Virus record (IMG/VR): IMGVR_UViG_3300022555_000030
Location: 1 to 64,000 of that record
Origin: a virus
Lineage: Duplodnaviria; Caudoviricetes
Direction: 5' to 3' (one strand)
DNA length: 64,000 nt
The notes under the pieces are model-generated. The model saw nothing but the letters and a program-made list of their open reading frames with translations. It did no database searches and was not told where the DNA came from. Made by a program: the position numbers and the translations under genes. Shown in pieces: positions 41,832 through 51,742 of the stretch; within the stretch, counting starts at the first letter, position 1, and every line of letters begins with the position of its first letter.

Positions 41832-42401
41832 CTATTCTTTAATATTTATATTAATATATGATCTAGAAGCTATATAATCACTAGATTGAACTATAATTTG
41901 CAATATATCCCCAGTCTCTACCCCATTTTCAAATGGAAAATCCCAATGGCTCATATGAGTAACTATAAGTTTTGCTATTTTCTTAAAATTTTTATTATTT
42001 GAAATATATTCAAATTCTTCTTTACCAGAGAACATAGTATAAAATGCACATCCATGGCCATGTATACAATATCCAAGATCATTAGGATAACCATGATGAG
42101 TTATATCATGCAATAATAGTGCTGATAATATACAATCTCTATCATCACCTGATATATTAAATTCTCTACAAAGATCTTCTCCTACTTTAAATGCTTTTTT
42201 AATATGGATTACTAATCCCCCGGCACAATTTTCATCAGCAGGATGATATTTGCCAGAACTTGAAGATGCTATATTCCAAAAATATTCAGGTGCGCGTAAT
42301 AATGTATTAATAGTAAATTGCTGAATATCTTGATTATTTATTTTTCTTATTTCTGATAAAAAATTCTTATCTATTCTTGATCTATTATTATTTTGCACCA
42401 T
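41832..42401 (-). CDS. HD-domain phosphohydrolase
   Basis: ASSSGKYHP...GGLVIH...ALLLHDI...HG...HM...SDY. Confidence 0.8.
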   Translation of the reverse strand: MVQNNNRSRIDKNFLSEIRKINNQDIQQFTINTLLRAPEYFWNIASSSSGKYHPADENCAGGLVIHIKKAFKVGEDLCREFNISGDDRDCILSALLLHDITHHGYPNDLGYCIHGHGCAFYTMFSGKEEFEYISNNKNFKKIAKLIVTHMSHWDFPFENGVETGDILQIIVQSSDYIASRSYININIKE

Positions 42402-42785
42402 TTTCTCCTAAACTATTTTTAATCTTTTCTTTAGTTTCATCAGATTTTTCTGCAATACAAGTTATAAATTCTTCTCTTTGTGTTTTATCTACTAATGCAA
42501 GATTAATAAGTCTATTTAATTCACTAGACATTAATTCAAATATTTCATTTATTTTTTGTATTACTTTTTCAGATGACATATTAAACATTAAATCTCTAGT
42601 GCCATATATTTCTGTTTCAAACATCTTTTTAAGTCTTTCTTTTTTTGAATATCTATCATTAGATGCAGAATCCATTGTTATATCAATATAATCTAACATC
42701 CTTCCAACAAACCATTTCATTTCATCTTTTATAATAGAATCTTTTGTACTAATAATAGGCTTTCTATCTATCACTTTATGCTCCT

Positions 42786-43163
42786 TTAAGTAATTTCTAC
42801 TCTCCCATATTTTTTTAATTTATCACCAATATCATACTTTAATTTTTTAAGTCCTGCCCTTGCAGCTTCTCGTAATACTGCAGGATCAGTATGTTCATGT
42901 TTTGTATTTACTTTTTTAGTATAAGGTTTTACACGAGTTCCATCACTTTTTGTATAACCATATACGTGCTTAGTAAAATTACCATAAACAATATAATATG
43001 AAGGATATTCAATATCTCCACCACCATTATTATTAGCAGTAAATGTACCTTTAAGATATATAGAATATCTAAGAGCTATATTTTTAGAAATATCAAATAT
43101 CCTTCTAGTATTATTAGCTAATCCTTCATTAATTGATTTAACTAATTCATTGATCTGAACCAT
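42786..43163 (-). CDS. Small phage protein with HVxGYTKSDGTRVKPY motif
   Basis: Motif common in phage structural-region proteins; N-terminal LVKS. Confidence 0.45.
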   Translation of the reverse strand: MVQINELVKSINEGLANNTRRIFDISKNIALRYSIYLKGTFTANNNGGGDIEYPSYYIVYGNFTKHVYGYTKSDGTRVKPYTKKVNTKHEHTDPAVLREAARAGLKKLKYDIGDKLKKYGRVEIT

Positions 43164-43600
43164 TATTCTTCCTGTGATTTTTTATTCTTTTTAGTTTTCT
43201 TAATTTCTTTTTCTTCAATTGATGGCATATCATCCATTTTATGGCATGAATCACAAATAAAGTCTTCATTAGAGCCACTTATTACTCTCATAGAGATTAA
43301 TGCCCCACAAATTTTGCAATTAACATACTTACCCATTTAATTTTACCTCTATCTCCTTTTATTTTTTTTATTTATGGCTACAAATAATACTTGTAGTATA
43401 TGTTATATTAGGACTAGCAATTGTAGTAATATAAGGGCATGTATTCCAATGATAATAATGACTTAATTCACATTTTTTAAACCATTCATACCCACAATCA
43501 ATACAATATACAACATCACATATATCACAATATTTTACATTAAAGTGCTTGCAAGTTTCTTTTTTATGCAAATGATTATTCACAATTATCTCCTCATTTA

Positions 43601-44677
43601 TTATTTAATAGTTATTGGATATCTCCAAGTTACGCCTTTATGTACGTTCACTCCAATAATCCATTGGCTAGGGTTAGATGATATACCAAGTGTAGAAAGT
43701 GCCCAATCATCATCACTGACTAATGTCCCACACATAAAATACTCAAATTTTGAGGCTATTTCATCACAGTGTCTTTTATGAAAATGGCCACTAGCCGCAT
43801 AATCAAAGCCATTAAATTGAATATACCAAGATTTTAACTTTTTATCAAGTGCAAAATATGGAACACCCTGAGAGCATTTTATACTATCGCCATGAAAGCA
43901 AAAAAATCTAAAACCATTAATCATTACAATATCCCCAAAGTCTTCATGGATATTAATTTTAATTCTAGGGTATGTATTTAATCCTGCTTTAATTATATCA
44001 TATAATAATAAATCATAACTAGAAGTCTCTGGAGCTAATTTATCTTTACCATGATTACCTTTAAAACCATCAAATTCTACTTCTGTAAATTCTTGTGCGA
44101 ATGAACATATTATATTATTCCATGTAGGAGCTGCAAGCTTTGTTACTTGATCTCTACCACCCATTTCTGTAGTACCTATTTTAGAACCTTGAAATGGATT
44201 TTCACCTTGAACATTATCACCTAAGTTTAGAATATGTAATTTATTAATTTTATACATTTTTCTATGAAGATTAACTATCCTCATAGTAGTTTCGAATAAT
44301 TCATGCATTCTATTTTTATAAATTTCTTGATTAAAAGATTTTGTAACTTTACCAGCATGACCATCACTTGTAATTAATACTGCAATTTCTTCATCTTCAG
44401 TATGAGTATATTTTTTAGGGGTAAGCAAATTAATTTTTGGAAGATTAACAATTAATTGTTCATCATTTTTCTGTTCCATATTCTCTATTGTTTTACTTTT
44501 AGGATATTCTATTTTTTTATCTCTTCTATGCGCACCAGCTAAACGCATCATTCTTAAATATGAAGTATATAAAATTTTTAATTCTTTAGCCCTATCTTTT
44601 ATTTGTTCTACAGTAGCATCTTCAAAAAATTCCTTTTCTTGTTCAAATTCTTTAGTATCTTTTCTTGGAATAGGCAA
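43601..44677 (-). CDS. Calcineurin-like metallophosphoesterase (large phage type)
   Basis: SDGHAG, NLGDNVQG, GNHG, FHGD and GHFH motifs. Confidence 0.85.
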   Translation of the reverse strand: MPIPRKDTKEFEQEKEFFEDATVEQIKDRAKELKILYTSYLRMMRLAGAHRRDKKIEYPKSKTIENMEQKNDEQLIVNLPKINLLTPKKYTHTEDEEIAVLITSDGHAGKVTKSFNQEIYKNRMHELFETTMRIVNLHRKMYKINKLHILNLGDNVQGENPFQGSKIGTTEMGGRDQVTKLAAPTWNNIICSFAQEFTEVEFDGFKGNHGKDKLAPETSSYDLLLYDIIKAGLNTYPRIKINIHEDFGDIVMINGFRFFCFHGDSIKCSQGVPYFALDKKLKSWYIQFNGFDYAASGHFHKRHCDEIASKFEYFMCGTLVSDDDWALSTLGISSNPSQWIIGVNVHKGVTWRYPITIK

Positions 44678-44678
44678 T

Positions 44679-45608
44679 TTATTTTCTCCTTTTCTTTTTA
44701 TTCGTTAATATATCAGAACCACCAAAAGTTGGGGTAAATATACCTACATTCCCACCAATTCCTACACCAAAACTTTTCATTAATAAATCATCTGTCATTA
44801 AGTTAGCTATTGATGTTTTATTCATATCAATCCAATGGCTGCCTGAAGGTCTTTCATTATTTTTATTATTAGCTTTAATTAATGGTGCTTCATATTCTGT
44901 ACCATTGAATACTTTTGATTTCATAAATTGATAAGTTTCTTCATCTTGTATTAATAAAGATAATGGATCTTGAATATAATATAAATAACTTTCTGCAAAT
45001 CTTTCATCTAAGTCTGTATCACCATATTTAGTAATTGCCGGCTTATCATGATTAAGTTGTTTCCATTCAGACATAAAATTAGAAGCAACTCTATGCCCTA
45101 CCTCATGAAGCATCATTATTCTCCAAGGAGAAGATATTCCAGGAAATTCTGAGGAATAATATTCTGCTATTTGTTCAGAAGTAATATTCCCAGATGCTTT
45201 TGTAAGGAATATAGAATCTGTCATTTCATTATATTCAGCTAAATCACCAATTTTAGAAGGTGTTGAAGTTAATATAATCCTTACTCCATTCCAATGTTTA
45301 GAAGGTAAATTAGAGAATAATTGCATTGAATTAGTTTTTACTCTATCTGATAATTGTTTTAATTCTTCTTCTGCCGATTCTACAGAAATTTCTCCTTGGA
45401 ATTGTTCTTGCTCTTCTTTTCCTCCTTCATTTTTCTTTTCTTCATCTTTTGTACCTTCTTTACCAGTAGGTACATAATATAACCCTCCTTTACTTCCTCT
45501 CTTTACTTTAACCCCCTTAGGAGCTTCACTTTCACTACTTATATATGTCCTAATTGGGTCTGCTTCTTGTTCAGTTACCCATTTTTTAAGAAATTCTAAA
45601 TTACTCAT
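44679..45608 (-). CDS. Zincin-like metallopeptidase, probably head-associated
   Basis: LHEVGH followed by TKYG...ERFAESY; adjacent to portal. Confidence 0.65.
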   Translation of the reverse strand: MSNLEFLKKWVTEQEADPIRTYISSESEAPKGVKVKRGSKGGLYYVPTGKEGTKDEEKKNEGGKEEQEQFQGEISVESAEEELKQLSDRVKTNSMQLFSNLPSKHWNGVRIILTSTPSKIGDLAEYNEMTDSIFLTKASGNITSEQIAEYYSSEFPGISSPWRIMMLHEVGHRVASNFMSEWKQLNHDKPAITKYGDTDLDERFAESYLYYIQDPLSLLIQDEETYQFMKSKVFNGTEYEAPLIKANNKNNERPSGSHWIDMNKTSIANLMTDDLLMKSFGVGIGGNVGIFTPTFGGSDILTNKKKRRK

Positions 45609-47511
45609 TATCTTCTTCTTCGGATAATTCAGTATTTTTATTATTCTTTATTTTTTTAGGAATATTCTTTTTAATAAGAGGTGACATTTTAAAAACATCT
45701 AATAACATATTATTTCTACTAAATATTGCAGAATATTCTTCATTTTTACTGATAAAAGATAATGCAATTGAATCATTTATATTATAAATATTATTTACAT
45801 TATCTACTTTATAACCTTTAGAAATTAACTGTTCTCCCCAAGATTTATTAACAAATGATTTAAACATATTTTGTTCTTCATCAGTAAGATTTGTTGTTGG
45901 GTTTTCTGCATTTCCTAGTACTTTTTCTCCACCAGTTGGAGGTTGGCCGCCATCAGCTTGAGGAACTCCGCCAGGCATCCCATTAGGCATTCCACCAGCC
46001 ATCATTTGTTGCTGCATTTGATCTAGTTCACCTGATATAATATAATCAATATCATCAATTGTATCTGTAGCTTCTTTTATTTCAATTTTAAAGCCAAGTG
46101 ATTTAAGTTGTGTAGCAACCATCGTTCTTTGCTGGGCAAATAGAATTCTAGTTGATTCAGCTTTTTCTTCTGGCTGCTGTACTACCATTTTCCAATCAAT
46201 AATACCAAATGCGTCCATAATAAAAGGAAACACATTTTCATTAAAGATTCTTTGGTCTGATTCTACAACTCTAGAAAATTGTGTCATTTGTTGAGATTGA
46301 CCGGAAAGACCACCTATACCTGTCTGTTCAGATTGCCACATAGGCGGAAGACCCCATAAAGCTGCAATCCTTTCACGAATTTCAGTTCTTACTGGCATAT
46401 AATCCATTTCTTGAAGATTATGAAATAATCTAACTAAGTCTACTTTACCGCGCATATTTTGTCTTGAAGAATAACCTACAATAGGAATATGTTCAGGATC
46501 AGCTTTTAATTGTGATACTACATCAGCACGCAATCTTCTTATTGAATCTGTATCATCTGTACCAATCATTAGCATACTAGCAGGTATTTTTCTTTCAAAG
46601 AAATACCTATATACTGTTTTGTCCATCCCTATAATTGAAAGTGCTTTTTCGAATATAGTTAATATAGGAGAAAACCCTGTAGTTTCTGAAGGGAAAAATT
46701 TAGACTTATGAAATACTTCATTTCTTAAAAAATAATGAAATTTGCCACGAAATTTAAAACGATACATAGCGGGAGATAAGTCTCTTCCACATTTTTCACA
46801 TTTGCCAGGAGTATCAGATACTGCTTCCGAACGATGGAATACACAAAGCCAATGTGAATTCTCTGGATACCCAGAAGTATCAAGATCATAATCCATACCA
46901 GAAGGTCTTAAATGGCGTATTTCTATAGGCTTTGATCTTATAATTTCTTTTCCATTTTTATCTTTTTCACCAGTTCCTAGATATTCTTTGCGTATATAAA
47001 GATATGCATCATCAACTGCATTTACTGAAAAATGAAATTGTTTTAAAATATTTTCAAGATTTTCGCCAAGGATATTTGATTCTTTAATAAATTTTTTAAG
47101 TTCTTCTGTTTGAGATTCTTCGGGTTCTCTTAAATGAGTACTTTCACAAGCATCGCATTTTTTAATAGAATTTTGGAATTCTTTCCCGCATTCTTCACAT
47201 TTTTTAGCAAATTTCTTTTCAATAGTAATACCACGCCTAAATACTTCATTTCTAAGATGTAATATGGGGGCTGCTACTTCAGATACAGTCTTAGCAATAG
47301 TAATAAGATCTTCTGTTAATTGCTCTTTATATGCAAATTGTTGTTTAACCCAGGAATTAACAATAGTATCAATACCAGTTGAAATACCTCTACCAGTATC
47401 TCCCTGATTTGCACCAGATTTAGATAGAAAATTGAGAAATCCTATAATTTCGTCTTCTCTATCATGCGCCAATAATAAATTATTATCACCGAGATATTCT
47501 TTCAATTTCAT
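45601..47511 (-). CDS. Portal protein with Zn-ribbon insertions
   Basis: Downstream of terminase; GFSPIL...MDKTVYRYFFERKIP...RIAALWGLPP portal-like motifs; two Cys clusters. Confidence 0.75.
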   Translation of the reverse strand: MKLKEYLGDNNLLLAHDREDEIIGFLNFLSKSGANQGDTGRGISTGIDTIVNSWVKQQFAYKEQLTEDLITIAKTVSEVAAPILHLRNEVFRRGITIEKKFAKKCEECGKEFQNSIKKCDACESTHLREPEESQTEELKKFIKESNILGENLENILKQFHFSVNAVDDAYLYIRKEYLGTGEKDKNGKEIIRSKPIEIRHLRPSGMDYDLDTSGYPENSHWLCVFHRSEAVSDTPGKCEKCGRDLSPAMYRFKFRGKFHYFLRNEVFHKSKFFPSETTGFSPILTIFEKALSIIGMDKTVYRYFFERKIPASMLMIGTDDTDSIRRLRADVVSQLKADPEHIPIVGYSSRQNMRGKVDLVRLFHNLQEMDYMPVRTEIRERIAALWGLPPMWQSEQTGIGGLSGQSQQMTQFSRVVESDQRIFNENVFPFIMDAFGIIDWKMVVQQPEEKAESTRILFAQQRTMVATQLKSLGFKIEIKEATDTIDDIDYIISGELDQMQQQMMAGGMPNGMPGGVPQADGGQPPTGGEKVLGNAENPTTNLTDEEQNMFKSFVNKSWGEQLISKGYKVDNVNNIYNINDSIALSFISKNEEYSAIFSRNNMLLDVFKMSPLIKKNIPKKIKNNKNTELSEEEDNE

Positions 47512-48025
47512 TAATATTCTCCGCTACAGCTAATTTAGATAATGTATTAATAATCTGAGATTTTAATTTATAACTTTCTGTTCCTGAATTTTTTTGTATC
47601 TCTTCTCGTAAAGTATTATTATATTTTTCAAGATCTCTCATTTTATTAGTTTGTTCATTATACATTTCTTGATAATTTTCAATATCATGCTTTAATGATT
47701 CTATTTCTAATTTATTATCAGAACTAGATCCTTTACCTAATCCTACTACACTTTCATCAAGAACACCCTCTTTAATGGCTGTAGCAATTAATTTAGAGAA
47801 CATTGCATCTGTAAGAATAGTAACTGCTGGACTATCATCAGGAATATCAATATCAACTCCTTCTAAATCAAAATTCTGGATTTTCTTAATAGATTCATTT
47901 TGAATATCTAAGATTCTCCATGTTCCTGTAATCTTATTAAAAGTTATTTGATATTTATCTAATTTCCCAAAGTCATTTGATAATGTATTCATTCCTTCTC
48001 CATTACTGCCCCACAAATAAGGCAT
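47486..48025 (-). CDS. Coiled-coil hypothetical protein (true start probably near 47992)
   Basis: Lies between terminase and portal. Confidence 0.5.
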   Translation of the reverse strand: MPYLWGSNGEGMNTLSNDFGKLDKYQITFNKITGTWRILDIQNESIKKIQNFDLEGVDIDIPDDSPAVTILTDAMFSKLIATAIKEGVLDESVVGLGKGSSSDNKLEIESLKHDIENYQEMYNEQTNKMRDLEKYNNTLREEIQKNSGTESYKLKSQIINTLSKLAVAENINEIERISR

Positions 48026-49758
48026 TTTATTTTAGTTTCTTCTCCGGGGTTAACTAAACTATTATTTTTACTATATACTAACCCTTCTTTATACCCACAT
48101 GATACACATACTCTATTATTCTTATTATAATCAAAATTATTAGGAATTGGTAATTTCCTATTTTTCATATCTATAAGATCAAATGCTTCTTCTAATGAAT
48201 TAGAAACTTGTATATATGTGTTACTTTCACTAGGACGATCTGAAAATATAGAATTTAAAGACCCATAACTTACTATATTAGAGCCTTTGCCTGCAAATGA
48301 CATAGCTACTGCATCAAACTTATCAGGACTCCTACCAATACGTTCTTTAGTGTCTTTTTTAGGCTCTACTTTAAATTGACCTTTTGATGTAAATTCAAAT
48401 TGTATACCAGTAATTTCTGCAGCTAAATCATTATCTTCAGGTAATTTAATTTCATTCTTTTCTAATGCATTACGAACATTCCAATACATTTCTGAACGCA
48501 AATTAAAATAATGTTCTGGATCATGAGCAGTTGCGCCAGCAATAATAGCATTAATATCATAACCTAATTCTTTTAAACGGTCACATACTCCATTACCAAC
48601 ACCAATATAATCTATATTAACAGCATCAGGTTTTATTTTATCTATTTCATTTTTAACTATGCCGGCGGTTTCCATTGTATCTTTATGTTGCCATTCTTTT
48701 AATGGTTCTATAATATTACCATCACGAATACATAATACAGAAGAATCTTCACCTTGATTAGCTACATCAACAGCTAATATTTTTTTGCCTCTTTCTGCAT
48801 CTTCTTTTTCCATTGCTCTTTCAACCCAAGATAATGGAACAAACTGATTATCACCAACTAAAGGAAATTCTCCAAGTACTTTTACTCTAAATAATGGATT
48901 ATCCATACCCCATGTAATAAATTTTTGATATGCCCAATAAGGATTTGATAAATATTGGCGAGGTAATTTATCAGTTATTTTTTGTTGCCATGTATTATTT
49001 ATAAAATCTTCAAGTGTTATTCCAAATTTAGTAAAATTAGGAGAATCAAATACAGAAACATGAAACGATTTATAAAATTTTGACTTAAATGATCTTCCAA
49101 AATCTGTTTGTTCATCTGTAGGATTTCCTATTAATAATAAGCGTACTATATAACCTGAGGATAAAAGACCTTCAATAGCTTCAAAAATTTTTGAACCAAC
49201 ACCAGCGGCTTCATCTACAATTACTAATATATAATCATTATGAAAGCCTTGGAATCTATCTAATGATGTTTCATCTGTAGTAAAACCTTCAGCAAACCAT
49301 TTTTTTTCAGTTGACATTATTAATTGCTGGGTAAGCATTCTCCCGCCAAGATTAACTTTAGCTGCATAATATTGAGCTGCAATTTCTTTCCAAAGAATAC
49401 CACGAACTTGGCGCCCTGTTGGTGCTGTAGTAATTACTGTTGAAGGCATATATGAATTAATAAACCAATGTACTGCCGCACCAGCAATCCAAGATTTACC
49501 CATACCATGAGCACTTCTTACAGTAGTCCTTTCATTATCTCTTAATGAACATAGAATTTCTTGCTGTTTTTCATAAGGATCAGAATTTAATATTTCTCTA
49601 CAAAATTCTACTGGGTGAGTCCTATAATATATTCTTTTTTCATCTGTAATAGGAACTACTTGCTCTGCAATTTGTTTTTTAGAAGATACTACTAATAAAT
49701 CACCAGCAGCTTTTAATGCATCTTCTAAAGATAATAGTTTTTTACTATTATTATCCAC
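47989..49758 (-). CDS. terL: Terminase large subunit
   Basis: Walker A SAHGMGKS, Walker B IVDEAAG, LIGNP coupling motif, nuclease AVDVA...EDSSV and RSPDKFDA. Confidence 0.92.
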   Translation of the reverse strand: MDNNSKKLLSLEDALKAAGDLLVVSSKKQIAEQVVPITDEKRIYYRTHPVEFCREILNSDPYEKQQEILCSLRDNERTTVRSAHGMGKSWIAGAAVHWFINSYMPSTVITTAPTGRQVRGILWKEIAAQYYAAKVNLGGRMLTQQLIMSTEKKWFAEGFTTDETSLDRFQGFHNDYILVIVDEAAGVGSKIFEAIEGLLSSGYIVRLLLIGNPTDEQTDFGRSFKSKFYKSFHVSVFDSPNFTKFGITLEDFINNTWQQKITDKLPRQYLSNPYWAYQKFITWGMDNPLFRVKVLGEFPLVGDNQFVPLSWVERAMEKEDAERGKKILAVDVANQGEDSSVLCIRDGNIIEPLKEWQHKDTMETAGIVKNEIDKIKPDAVNIDYIGVGNGVCDRLKELGYDINAIIAGATAHDPEHYFNLRSEMYWNVRNALEKNEIKLPEDNDLAAEITGIQFEFTSKGQFKVEPKKDTKERIGRSPDKFDAVAMSFAGKGSNIVSYGSLNSIFSDRPSESNTYIQVSNSLEEAFDLIDMKNRKLPIPNNFDYNKNNRVCVSCGYKEGLVYSKNNSLVNPGEETKIKCLICGAVMEKE

Positions 49759-49898
49759 TATTTTTATTCCATTTAAAGAACTTTATCATTGTCCCGCATT
49801 TATGTTTATATTTATTAGTATTTTCAATTTGGGTCATTGTAGAATCTTTTTCAAGTCTTCCATTAATAATATCTAAAAAGTACATTGATTTGCATGTA

Positions 49899-50456
49899 CT
49901 ACATTGTGCTATTACTGTTTCGCACTGATAAGATTTCCGAGGCTTCATCATGTAACCTCCTTGCGATTCTTCCTTTAACTTCATCATCCGTTATCTCTTC
50001 TGCTAATATTTTCATTATTTTTTGAATAAATTTAAATGATACTAATCCTGTAATTGCTTGCCTTTCACCTTTAACGCCTATATCTATAAGACCGGCTGCA
50101 TCTGTAATTTTATCAATTATTAATGTATCATCCCGTAATCCTTCAACACCTTTATCAATCATTTCACGATATACATTTTTATGTTGTTCAATTCTATTAA
50201 TGATAGAATGTTCTGCATCTGATTCTATAATATTACTAGCTTTTTCTATCATTGCAGTACGCTTTTCAGCCCAACCTCGTGAAATAATCCACGTATTTAC
50301 TAATGTTTGGCTAGCATTACGGCCTACAAGTTTAGATATTTCTTCTGCTATTTCTCGAGAACAAACGCCTTTATAAAACATTTTTTCCGCTATAAGCTTT
50401 ACTTCTTCAGGCCATAACATAAATTTTTTACCAGAAGTATTTGGAGATTTACCCAT
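49899..50456 (-). CDS. Probable terminase small subunit (HTH)
   Basis: N-terminal HTH-like segment, helical body, upstream of terL. Confidence 0.55.
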   Translation of the reverse strand: MGKSPNTSGKKFMLWPEEVKLIAEKMFYKGVCSREIAEEISKLVGRNASQTLVNTWIISRGWAEKRTAMIEKASNIIESDAEHSIINRIEQHKNVYREMIDKGVEGLRDDTLIIDKITDAAGLIDIGVKGERQAITGLVSFKFIQKIMKILAEEITDDEVKGRIARRLHDEASEILSVRNSNSTM

Positions 50457-50761
50457 TTATAGTTTCCTTTTTGTCTTTACATTCTTCATATCTTTTTCTG
50501 GAATTGATATAGGCTGCATCTTTGTAAAATCAATATGTCCTAATGATTTATCGGATCTTGTACGACATTCTGCTAAATTATAATCTATTATCCCACCACA
50601 AATATTTCTAGGTTCAATAGCAATTTCTTTACGAATACATTCCCCAAAATATCCATCATCTTCCCCAATAGGTTTGTAATCTTTACAAAATTCAATAATA
50701 TGTTTTTCTTCAAGTTTTTTCCACCAAAGACATTTTATATCATTGCAAAATACTTTAGGCA

Positions 50762-51100
50762 TTACTTGTCCTCCGCTATAACTTTAATAGGGAACATAAG
50801 ATCATACCAATCATTAACACTATCATCTTCAACATTCATATATGATATTATTGTTAATTCATTACCAAGTTCAGTATATTTGCCACATCCTAAAGATACT
50901 TCATTAGGTTTTCCTTGAGTTACAAAAGCTTCAAAATATTCACTAGTAGAATTATTATATACTTTTACAATTTCGCCTATAGCAATACTAGCTTTTTGTA
51001 ATAGAGCACTATCTATTTTAATACTGCCATATTCAGCACCAAAATCATTTATTTGCAAATTAGTAATTTTACTTTTAACCATTACTCTTTCAAATTTCAT
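50762..51100 (-). CDS. Divergent PanD-like (pyruvoyl-dependent decarboxylase fold) protein
   Basis: MVKSKI...YGSIKID..LL..A.I..GEIVKVYN...F...GNELTIISY aligns by eye with PanD and keeps the Gly-Ser cleavage site. Confidence 0.65.
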   Translation of the reverse strand: MKFERVMVKSKITNLQINDFGAEYGSIKIDSALLQKASIAIGEIVKVYNNSTSEYFEAFVTQGKPNEVSLGCGKYTELGNELTIISYMNVEDDSVNDWYDLMFPIKVIAEDK

Positions 51101-51102
51101 AT

Positions 51103-51687
51103 TTACTCCTCTATCCTATCAATTAAACCTAATTCTAATGCTTCTTTACAATCATAATATTGTGGGGTGCTTTCATCAAGAATTGATGCCCAAAATTCTT
51201 TTGTATGATGAATAGGATCTTCTGAAGTATTCTCAATTGCAATAATTTCAGAAAAATCTACTTGGAACTTATCCATAATCTTTTTCTGTGAATCAATATC
51301 TTTCTTATCACCAATAGAAAATCCTGATGCTCCATGGCACATAAGTACATCATATTTACCCATTATTCGTTCATCACAACATTGTAAAATCATAAAAGCT
51401 ATAGACATTGCATAGCCTTGAACATTTCCAATAAATCTAATACCCTGTTTTTGAAATTCTTTCATTGCACGAATAATAGCTAAACCACCATATACTTCAC
51501 CACCAGGAGATGAAATATTCAATTTGATATCTTTATGCCCATAATATATAGCATATTTAACTTGTGCTCTAAAGTATGATATCTCATTCCCAAATATTTC
51601 ATCACATATTTCAACTTCACCATTTTTACCAGAGATATAATCTTTAAATTCAAATTTAAGCTTTACATCTAATTCAAGATCTTTCAA
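51103..51687 (-). CDS. clpP: Second ClpP-like protease subunit
   Basis: LNISSPGGEVYGG, GYAMSIAFMI, LMCHG, EALELGLID. Confidence 0.85.
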   Translation of the reverse strand: MKDLELDVKLKFEFKDYISGKNGEVEICDEIFGNEISYFRAQVKYAIYYGHKDIKLNISSPGGEVYGGLAIIRAMKEFQKQGIRFIGNVQGYAMSIAFMILQCCDERIMGKYDVLMCHGASGFSIGDKKDIDSQKKIMDKFQVDFSEIIAIENTSEDPIHHTKEFWASILDESTPQYYDCKEALELGLIDRIEE

Positions 51688-51742
51688 TTAGTAACTCCTT
51701 TATATATTTATATTATACACTATTTATTAGAATGCAAGTAAA

